A DNA stretch of 55,535 nucleotides from an uncultured Verrucomicrobiales bacterium. Its GTDB lineage: Bacteria; Verrucomicrobiota; Verrucomicrobiia; Limisphaerales; Palsa-1400. Shown here piece after piece: positions 49,179 through 55,535 of the stretch (its first letter is position 1; every line of letters begins with the position of its first letter). The notes beneath the pieces are model-generated. The model was given only the letters and a program-made list of their open reading frames with translations, ran no database searches and had not been told where the DNA came from. A program made the translations under genes and the position numbers. The stretch is from the NCBI GenBank assembly GCA_903898185.1, contig CAIUEN010000268.1, positions 1-55,535 on the forward strand, read 5' to 3'.

Positions 49179-50246
49179 ATGAAAATTCTAATCACCGGCG
49201 GTGCCGGTTTCATCGGCTCAAACCTCGTTCATTGGTGTCTGCGGCACACGGATGCCCAGATCATCAATGTCGATAACCTGACCTACGCGGGCAATCTCAA
49301 TTCGCTGGAGAGCGCCCTGAAGGATCCCCGCCACACGTTTGTCCAAGCGGATATTTGCGACGCCGCTGCCGTGGCGGCCATTTTCACCCAGCATCGCCCC
49401 GATGCGGTGATGCACCTCGCCGCCGAGTCCCATGTGGATCGTTCCATCGACGGCCCGGGCCAGTTCATCCAGACCAACATCATCGGCACCTACAATCTGC
49501 TCGAGTCGGCCCGCAAGCTCTGGCTGCAACGCAAAGAGTCCGATCCAGCCAGCGCGGCGCGGTTTCGGTTTCTGCACGTATCGACCGACGAAGTCTATGG
49601 CTCACTGGGCAACGACGACCCTGCTTTTAGCGAAACGACCCCTTACGATCCGCATTCCCCCTACTCGGCTAGCAAGGCCGCCTCGGATCACCTGGTCAAA
49701 GCGTGGTTTCACACCTACGGTTTTCCGGCGCTGGTGACCAATTGCTCGAACAACTACGGCCCTAATCAATTTCCGGAAAAACTCATCCCGGTCGTCATCA
49801 TCAAAGCGTTGCGCGGCGCGCCAATCCCCGTCTATGGCAAAGGCGAAAACACGCGCGACTGGCTCTATGTCGAGGACCATGCCAGCGCTCTGATGACCGT
49901 GCTGGATAAAGGACGCCTCGGCGAAACCTACAACATCGGCGGAAACAACGAGGTTCAAAACATCGACCTGGTGCGCCGCCTCTGTTCGACTCTCGACGAA
50001 CTGCGTCCCCGTTCCGACGGCAAGAGCTACGCCGACCAGATCACCTTTGTGACCGACCGCCCCGGCCACGACCTCCGCTACGGAATCAACGCCGAAAAAA
50101 TCCGTTCCGAGCTCGGCTGGCAGCCCAAAGAAAGCGCCCGCAGCGGCTTCAAAAAGACCGTCGATTGGTATCTCAATAACACCGCTTGGTGGGAATCCAT
50201 TTTATCAGGCAAATACCAATTGCAAAGATTGGGGACGGGAAAATGA
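49179..50246 (+). CDS. rfbB: dTDP-glucose 4,6-dehydratase
   Basis: It has the Rossmann motif [15 protein letters not shown] and the catalytic YSASKAASD. The start is set at 49179 because the computed ORF extension only reads through the repeat array. Confidence 0.93.
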   Translation: MKILITGGAGFIGSNLVHWCLRHTDAQIINVDNLTYAGNLNSLESALKDPRHTFVQADICDAAAVAAIFTQHRPDAVMHLAAESHVDRSIDGPGQFIQTNIIGTYNLLESARKLWLQRKESDPASAARFRFLHVSTDEVYGSLGNDDPAFSETTPYDPHSPYSASKAASDHLVKAWFHTYGFPALVTNCSNNYGPNQFPEKLIPVVIIKALRGAPIPVYGKGENTRDWLYVEDHASALMTVLDKGRLGETYNIGGNNEVQNIDLVRRLCSTLDELRPRSDGKSYADQITFVTDRPGHDLRYGINAEKIRSELGWQPKESARSGFKKTVDWYLNNTAWWESILSGKYQLQRLGTGK

Positions 50247-50439
50247 ACCCTTTCTTACAGAAGGTAACGAAGGAAACAAAGGTTTGTGGTTCTAGCACCA
50301 AGAACCATTGCTACAAAGATCGGGGATAAAGCGGGTCAAAGGCGCAGCGATTCTCATTTTGGGAGGAAAGCCGTAATACCCAATATTCAATGGAAGATTC
50401 CCACCTCCGCGCTCTCCGCGCCTCCGCGTGACTGAGGTT

Positions 50440-50695
50440 GAATATCCAATATCGAACAAGGAATTTCCAATAATGAAGTAGAAAAGCGGCCACCGCCAAG
50501 TTCAGTTCCAGTGCAGCAAAGGAGTTTGCGATATCGTTTGCGATACAATAGAAAGAGCAAAACAGCAGGCACGATTGATAATGTTGGAGTGGGGTCACCT
50601 TCCGCGTTCCGTATTCTGCGATTTCAATTGCCAATTCCAAGTTTGATGGCTCCCCACTTCATTATTGGACATTCCTTGTTCGATATTGGATATTC
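50440..50695. repeat. 40-bp inverted repeat pair (1 mismatch) enclosing 176 bp
   Basis: The reverse complement of 50440-50479 (gaatatccaatatcgaacaaggaatttccaataatgaagt) matches 50656-50695 except at one base. A third related unit lies at 50377-50404, and a ctccgcg x3 run at 50405-50428. Confidence 0.88.
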
Positions 50696-50704
50696 TTCCT
50701 CTGC

Positions 50705-51001
50705 ATGCATCTAAAGGATTATAAAGAGGATATGATCCAGCGGTTGAAGGATCCTGAATACGCTGCGGAATACCTTTCCCAGGTTCTGGCGGAAAAAGAC
50801 AGCGCAGCTTTTTTGATTGCCCTCAAAGATGTGGTCGAGGCGGCAGGCGGAATGAGCCAACTGGCTGAGCGCGTGGATATTAAACGTCCGAACCTCTACA
50901 AAACACTCTCAAAAAATGGCAATCCCCGTTTCAACACGCTCCAGGAAATCTTAGGCTCTTTGGGGATGCGCGTTTCGGTCGAGTTAGACAAAGTCGCGTG
51001 A
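50705..51001 (+). CDS. HigA-type addiction-module antidote protein (orphan)
   Basis: 98 aa. PxxAAxYLxxxLxxxDxxxFxxALxDVxxAxGMSQLAxxxxxxRxxLYKxLSxxGNPxFxTLxxxLxxLG is the antidote-protein pattern. There is no intact toxin gene upstream. Confidence 0.8.
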   Translation: MHLKDYKEDMIQRLKDPEYAAEYLSQVLAEKDSAAFLIALKDVVEAAGGMSQLAERVDIKRPNLYKTLSKNGNPRFNTLQEILGSLGMRVSVELDKVA

Positions 51002-51054
51002 TCGGATCTGTAGCGCAAATGAAGTTGTCAAAGTGTTGAACCAAGTTACGCTGA

Positions 51055-51285
51055 ATGAAGACGATTGAACTGATGGCAGTAAACCCTGGGTTGGACGAAC
51101 TGCTGGAACTTGCTCGCAAGGAATGCGGTTTGCGGCTAACCAGGCTCGGCCAGACTGTGGCTGAGGTCATTCCAACAAATATCCAACCGATAAAACGGAT
51201 AACTCCTCTTCACCCCGGAACCTGGCAGGTTGGCGAAGACTTTGATCAGCCTCTGCCCGAAGGCTTTTGGATGGGAAGAGAGTGA
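51055..51285 (+). CDS. VapB-type antitoxin (1)
   Basis: 76 aa. The C-terminal DFDQPLPEGFW tail is like the second antitoxin at 53682. It overlaps the PIN toxin gene. Confidence 0.7.
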   Translation: MKTIELMAVNPGLDELLELARKECGLRLTRLGQTVAEVIPTNIQPIKRITPLHPGTWQVGEDFDQPLPEGFWMGRE

Positions 51286-51668
51286 AATTGCTGATCGACA
51301 CTCATGCCCTTATTTGGTGGGACGAAAACCCCGAACGCCTCGGCTCAGAGGCATTGGCAGCTTGCCTTGATACTGGCAATGAGTTGTGGTTAAGCGTGGC
51401 GAGCGTCTGGGAAATACAGATCAAAATAATGTTGGGACGTCTCGCGTTGTGCAAGCCGCTGAGGCAGTTGATTAGTGATCAGATCAAACAAAATGGAATG
51501 CTGATTTTGCCTGTGAAATTCGAGCACGTTTTGAGGTTGGAATCCCTGCCGGATCGACATAAAAATCCCTTTGACCGTTTGTTGGTGGCCCAAGCCTTGG
51601 AGGAAAATTGTGTGCTGGTAACTCTCGATCCAACTATCGCGCAGTATCCTGTAACCACAATTTGGTAA
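51267..51668 (+). CDS. vapC: PIN-domain toxin VapC (1)
   Basis: It has LLIDTHALIWW, SVASVWEIQIK and HKNPFDRLLVAQA. The likely true start is the GTG at 51282, which overlaps the antitoxin stop (GTGA). Confidence 0.85.
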   Translation: MDGKRVKLLIDTHALIWWDENPERLGSEALAACLDTGNELWLSVASVWEIQIKIMLGRLALCKPLRQLISDQIKQNGMLILPVKFEHVLRLESLPDRHKNPFDRLLVAQALEENCVLVTLDPTIAQYPVTTIW

Positions 51669-51717
51669 CCAGCCCTCCATATAGCTATCCCATTTTCCTG
51701 TCATCGTCCTGCTCTTT

Positions 51718-51836
51718 AAGATTTCTGCTTTTGATTAGACCTTTCCGCTTTTTTATTCCTTGTGAAATTTCTGCTTTCTACTTTCCCAATTTCTGCTTTC
51801 CCTTGGCAGATTTCTACTTTCTGCTTTCTGCTTTCA
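51718..51836 (+). repeat. CTTTCTG-type heptamer array c (overlaps the start of the beta-barrel gene)
   Basis: aatttctg ctttcta ctttccc aatttctg ctttccc ttggcag atttcta ctttctg ctttctg ctttcaa. Confidence 0.9.
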
Positions 51837-53024
51837 ATATCTTCTTCTGTCCGCGCCCAAGAAGCCCTGCGCATGTCCCTCGCCAGCGAAGAAGCCGCCC
51901 AAGCCCGCCACGATGCCTCCCAATTGGGCTACTGCAACATCAAGTTCAGATCCGTCACCGCCCGTGTTCAGGCGTATGCGGGGGTCGAGTACATCGACAA
52001 TGTTACCTACTCCACCACAAAGCCTGAGAGCGACGTTGCCCTCCGCGCTGGCCTCAACATTCAGAGCCTGTGGCCGATCTCCGATCTCAACAGCCTCTAC
52101 CTCTCCACCGGCGCCGGCTACATCAAGTATGCCCAGATCGGTTCAGCGGATTCCCCCTACATCACCCCCAATTCCGGCATCCTGTTCCAGATGTACTCGG
52201 GCGATTTCCTCATCAACCTCCACGACCGATTCTCCCTGATACAAAGCGGCTCGCAGAACTCCACCGTTAATTCCATTTTTGGATATGATCGGCTTCAAAA
52301 CACCTTGGGCGCAAATGTCGATTGGGATCTCAACGACCTGATTCTCTCCGCTCAGTACGATCACGACCTGTTGATGGCCACCCAGCCCGCATACAAATAC
52401 GTCAATCGCAATTCCGATTTGCTCTCCACCCGCGCCATGTACGACTTGAACCGTAGAGTCTCGGTCGGACTGGAGGCCGCCGGCGGATTGACCTACTACG
52501 ACCAACAGCGGTTCCCGAATAATAATTACTACAGCATCGGTGCCGCGAGTGTGGTCAAGTTAAGCCAGTTTCTCAAAGTGCGCCTTTCCGCCGGATGGGC
52601 CGATTACACGTTCGACTCCCCCCCCACCAATTCCAACTCCAACCTCGGCAGCGACCAGAACTCCTATTACGCAAAGGCATCGATCGATCACCAGTTAACC
52701 CGATTCATCTTCCATTCCCTCACGCTCCAGCACAACTTGGGCTTGGGAGAATGGTATGCCGTAGGCAACCTCGATACAGCAAGCTACTCAGTGACTTGGA
52801 CAGCCGATGCCCGCCTGACCGTCTCGGGATCTTTCTACTACTCCACCGGAGATATATACAACCCAGCGAAAGAAAGCCTCACCTGGTTTGGTCCCAGACT
52901 GGAAGTCCAGTATCATCTCGGCCCCAAGCTGTTCACTTCACTCACATACCAATACTCCCAATCGGAATCCGCAACGACTTACACTCAGAACCGAATCGGG
53001 CTCAACCTGACCTACACATTCTGA
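51762..53024 (+). CDS. outer-membrane beta-barrel protein (family not recognised)
   Basis: 420 aa with alternating-polarity strands rich in Y/G/N/S and the C-terminal signature LNLTYTF (terminal Phe). The only start giving a signal peptide is the GTG at 51762 (MKFLLSTFPISAFPWQISTFCFLLSISSSVRA/QEA). Confidence 0.7.
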   Translation: MKFLLSTFPISAFPWQISTFCFLLSISSSVRAQEALRMSLASEEAAQARHDASQLGYCNIKFRSVTARVQAYAGVEYIDNVTYSTTKPESDVALRAGLNIQSLWPISDLNSLYLSTGAGYIKYAQIGSADSPYITPNSGILFQMYSGDFLINLHDRFSLIQSGSQNSTVNSIFGYDRLQNTLGANVDWDLNDLILSAQYDHDLLMATQPAYKYVNRNSDLLSTRAMYDLNRRVSVGLEAAGGLTYYDQQRFPNNNYYSIGAASVVKLSQFLKVRLSAGWADYTFDSPPTNSNSNLGSDQNSYYAKASIDHQLTRFIFHSLTLQHNLGLGEWYAVGNLDTASYSVTWTADARLTVSGSFYYSTGDIYNPAKESLTWFGPRLEVQYHLGPKLFTSLTYQYSQSESATTYTQNRIGLNLTYTF

Positions 53025-53091
53025 CAATTCTCAGCCAGCATACAGGATTAACAAGATTTACAGGACTGATTTGCCCTCTCCCATTCTCCTT

Positions 53092-53150
53092 CAGTCTTCT
53101 GCTTCTTGTTTTGGCTCTCTGCTTTCTGCTTTCCAAATTTCTGCTTTCAA
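53092..53150 (+). repeat. CTTTCTG-type heptamer array d
   Basis: cttctgcttcttgttttggctctctgctttctgctttccaaatttctgctttcaa, between the convergent beta-barrel and vapC(2) genes. Confidence 0.88.
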
Positions 53151-53225
53151 TTGGAGAACTTGGGAGAAATGGTATGGGACTTTCAGAACCCGAAGTATCT
53201 CCAGCAATGGCTCGATAGAACAAAA

Positions 53226-53254
53226 ACTGAAATAGAAAAAACTGAAAACTGAAA
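53226..53254 (-). repeat. TTTCAGT heptamer mini-array
   Basis: The plus strand reads actgaaa at 53226, 53241 and 53248 (the last two in tandem). On the minus strand this is TTTCAGT, just after the vapC(2) stop. Confidence 0.75.
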
Positions 53255-53298
53255 TCAGTTCCGTAGGGACGCAATATTTGTGGAACTGAGATCCAAAA

Positions 53299-53685
53299 TC
53301 ACCACAACACATTCGCCGGATATTTTGAAAATTCGGGATCGCGGGTCACAATGATCATTCCATCAGCCATCGCTTGCGCGATCAACAGCCGGTCAAATGG
53401 GTCGCGATGATGAAATGGGAGAGATGCCAGTTGAATGAGCTGCCCACAGGAAATAGGGAGGAGTTCAAAACCGTTAACTTCAAGTTGATGGGGGAAAACT
53501 TCACCAAACGGACGTGGCAACTTCAATTTCTCCAGGCTTATCTTAATCGCGATTTCCCAAAGGCTGACCGCACTGACAAACTTATCATTTGCCGGATCTT
53601 CGATGCTCTGGCGTGATGCTTTACTCAATTGCGGATTGTTGCCGATGAACCAAAGCAGCGCGTGGGTGTCCAGCAACAACTTCAT
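53299..53685 (-). CDS. vapC: PIN-domain toxin VapC (2)
   Basis: It has MKLLLDTHALLWF, SAVSLWEIAIK and HHRDPFDRLLIAQA. It is a clear paralog of the toxin at 51267. Confidence 0.88.
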   Translation of the reverse strand: MKLLLDTHALLWFIGNNPQLSKASRQSIEDPANDKFVSAVSLWEIAIKISLEKLKLPRPFGEVFPHQLEVNGFELLPISCGQLIQLASLPFHHRDPFDRLLIAQAMADGMIIVTRDPEFSKYPANVLW

Positions 53686-53912
53686 TTCATGTATTCGTTA
53701 AAATCTTCAAGCGGCGCGTCAAAATCCGGTGCCAGCCAGATAGTTCCCGGCAAACTACCAGCCTGTGCGTGTCGGTGCTTATGAGAAATTGCGGCGGAAA
53801 GTTTGGCCTTTGGCTCGCCATTCTGCGTGATGGTGAACTCCTCGCCGCCCGCCACTTGTTTGAGCAGATCTGCGAGCGAAACCTGAGCCTTTTCAAGAGC
53901 AACCGTTTGCAT
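53682..53912 (-). CDS. VapB-type antitoxin (2)
   Basis: 76 aa with a Phd/YefM-like N-terminus (VSLADLLKQVAGGEEFTITQNGEP) and tail DFDAPLEDF. It overlaps vapC by 4 nt. Confidence 0.8.
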   Translation of the reverse strand: MQTVALEKAQVSLADLLKQVAGGEEFTITQNGEPKAKLSAAISHKHRHAQAGSLPGTIWLAPDFDAPLEDFNEYMK

Positions 53913-53967
53913 AACAGTAGAATACTAACTTACCTTCCCATCGAAGGCTAATCCTTTTGCATCTTTG

Positions 53968-53998
53968 GCGCTCAGATTTCTGCTTTCTGCTTTCGTTT
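53968..53998 (+). repeat. CTTTCTG-type heptamer array e
   Basis: gcgctcagatttctgctttctgctttcgtttt. It abuts the rpn ATG at 54000. The first 20 nt are identical to 55042-55061. Confidence 0.9.
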
Positions 53999-53999
53999 T

Positions 54000-55007
54000 A
54001 TGAATCCTTCGACCGATTTTGATGGCGCATGGAAAGAGGCGTTGGAACAATTCTTCCGCCCCTTTCTGGAATTCTGCTTTCCGGACATCGCCGCCCACGT
54101 CGATTGGTCCAAGGGATTTGATTTTCTGGATAAGGAACTCCAGAAGGTTGTCCGCGACGCCGAGATGGGAACATTGCGCGTTGATAAACTGGTTCAGGTT
54201 TATCGGTTGGATGGAGCCGAAGATTGGCTACTGATTCATGTGGAAGTGCAAAGTCAGACCGACAATGACTTGCCTTCACGGATGTACCAATATCATCACC
54301 GCATAGCCGACCGTTATAAAAAAGCGGTGGTCAGTCTGGCGGTATTGGCAGATGAACACGAAACATGGCGGCCAAAGGTGTATGAGGAATCGAATTTTGG
54401 GTGTTCCTTGCGGTTTGAATATCTGGTCTGCAAACTTCTGGATTATAACAAAGTTCACGGGGCTTTGGATGCCAGTTTAAATCCCATTGCAATCGTTGTT
54501 GCCGCACACTTGGCGGCTCAGGCAACAAGCAGCCAACCGAACAATCGTTACAACCTCAAGCGGCAATTGGCTCGCAGACTCCACGAAAAAGACCACACCA
54601 AACAGCAAGTGATGGATTTGCTTCGACTCATAGACTGGGTCATGACATTACCAAGGGAATTGGAGTTGAAATTTGAGAAAGACATGCTAGCATACGAGAA
54701 AGAACATAATATGCCATTCATAACAAGTTTCGAAAGAATTGCAACTAAAAGGGGCCTTAAGCAAGGCCGTCAGCAAGGCATTAAAAAGGGACGCCAGGAA
54801 GGTCGGCAAGAAGGCATCCAGAAGGGCCTTCAAGCAGGACAGACCTCCCTGATTGTTCGGATGCTCAAACGCCGTTGGGGCACGCTGGATCCGGAGTTGG
54901 AAATCCGCCTTTCAAGCTTGTCCTTGGCGCAATTGGAGAGCTTGGGGGAAACGCTCTTGGAGTTTCGCGCTCCATCTGATCTGCAGCGGTGGCTGGACGA
55001 GGCGTAG
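54000..55007 (+). CDS. Rpn-family recombination-promoting nuclease / YhgA-like putative transposase with DUF4351-like C-terminus
   Basis: 335 aa. It has N-terminal DxxWKEALEQFF, the PD-(D/E)XK core LLIHVEVQSQ and YQYHHRI. The C-terminal segment LIVRMLKRRWGTLDPELEIRLSSLSLAQLESLGETLL is typical of DUF4351. Confidence 0.8.
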   Translation: MNPSTDFDGAWKEALEQFFRPFLEFCFPDIAAHVDWSKGFDFLDKELQKVVRDAEMGTLRVDKLVQVYRLDGAEDWLLIHVEVQSQTDNDLPSRMYQYHHRIADRYKKAVVSLAVLADEHETWRPKVYEESNFGCSLRFEYLVCKLLDYNKVHGALDASLNPIAIVVAAHLAAQATSSQPNNRYNLKRQLARRLHEKDHTKQQVMDLLRLIDWVMTLPRELELKFEKDMLAYEKEHNMPFITSFERIATKRGLKQGRQQGIKKGRQEGRQEGIQKGLQAGQTSLIVRMLKRRWGTLDPELEIRLSSLSLAQLESLGETLLEFRAPSDLQRWLDEA

Positions 55008-55041
55008 GGAAAAGCAGAAATTATTTCAGTCAGCTTTTTTT

Positions 55042-55105
55042 GCGCTCAGATTTCTGCTTTCCCAATTTCTGCTTTTGGTTTTGCAATTTCTGCTTTGGTT
55101 TCTGG
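55042..55105 (+). repeat. CTTTCTG-type heptamer array f
   Basis: gcgctcagatttctgctttcccaatttctgcttttggttttgcaatttctgctttggtttctgg. It is preceded by an inverted unit aaaagcagaaat at 55010-55021. Confidence 0.88.
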
Positions 55106-55331
55106 CCGCAATGACGCCAACGGCGTCAACCATACCAGCCTGGGGCAAGCAAAGCGTCGCCCCAGGTCACAAGCCCCAAAAAACTCACCAGCGCTGAAAG
55201 CGCGAATCATCACACCGCCACTGAGTCGCGCCTACAGCGCTTGACCTCGTTTGCCCCATGTTCCTGGGGCGATGCCCCATAAGCGCTAACTTGTTTATTG
55301 TTTTTTGAAATGCATTGGTTATACTAATGGC

Positions 55332-55535
55332 ATGACAACATACAACGCTGTGGACGAAGACTGGAATCTACTGATGTCCTTTTTCCCGTCAGATTGGAAA
55401 GCATCTGCTTGCAGGACGGGTGCTTTGAAAGGTCTGCGCCAAGATAAATCGGAAGAGAACTACCTGCGAGTTCTATTGATGCATTTGGGTGGCGGCTTTT
55501 CCTTGAGGGAAACCGCCGTGCGCGCCCGACAAGCG
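55332..55535 (+). mobile_element. IS4-like DDE transposase gene, N-terminal 68 codons (cut by window end)
   Basis: MTTYNAVDEDWNLLMSFFPSDWKASACRTGALKGLRQDKSEENYLRVLLMHLGGGFSLRETAVRARQA. The ALKGLR..LLRxLLxHLxxGxSLRETxVRA segment matches my memory of IS4-family transposase N-termini. I could not verify this here. Confidence 0.45.

Noticed and set aside
50311-50714. ORFs 50311-50640 (minus) and 50511-50714 (plus) as real genes.
   Set aside because: Both are largely translations of simple repeats (the ..IGHSLFDIGYS.. and ..LVRYWIFN.. types). Only the faint toxin-like core of the plus ORF is kept, as a hypothesis in the findings.
48579-55105. The repeat arrays as a CRISPR array or as integron attC sites.
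   Set aside because: The units are 7 nt and tandem, without unique spacers, so this is not CRISPR. They are not imperfect palindromes with R/L core sites, and no intI-type integrase is present, so it is not a classical integron, although the cassette-like layout is reminiscent.

Overview
This is a 55.5-kb chromosomal window from a diderm (Gram-negative type) bacterium. Gene content and the low-complexity repeat motifs remind me of PVC/Verrucomicrobiota genomes, but that is inference from memory, not a search result.

Most of the window is housekeeping:
- yceD-rpmF-plsX-fabH and coaD
- an Mla/MCE-type lipid ABC system
- smc, then a V4R protein and a cytoplasmic hybrid histidine kinase
- radC, priA, thrS, a PduO-type adenosyltransferase, ald, tcdA, tatD, an M42 peptidase and PIN-PhoH
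- a NusG paralog and tRNA-Asp
- a TatT-associated TRAP transporter and a GH51 arabinofuranosidase
- recJ, terC, secDF, yajC and tgt

Two patches are accessory:
1. 8.1-10.8 kb is a graveyard of mobile and defence DNA. It holds an integrase N-terminal relic next to a tRNA-like 3' fragment, an IS200/RAYT relic between perfect 90-bp inverted repeats, a MITE, a GxxExxY nuclease cassette between 112-bp direct repeats, and a gutted type I hsdM.
2. 47.9-55.5 kb is a toxin-antitoxin island. It holds ParE-type, HicAB, an orphan HigA-type antitoxin and two VapBC pairs, plus rfbB, an outer-membrane beta-barrel gene, an Rpn-family nuclease and the start of an IS4-like transposase.

The most unusual signals:
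- Same-orientation CTTTCTG heptamer arrays punctuate every cassette of the TA island. One array encodes the only possible signal peptide of the beta-barrel protein.
- A 120-bp MITE with 16-bp terminal inverted repeats and a 9-bp target duplication splits the MCE gene in frame.
- At least two further dispersed repeat families are present: a 133/173-bp double-hairpin MITE and a 65-bp REP-like element.

I saw no CRISPR array and no rRNA gene. All coordinates and alignments were done by eye.
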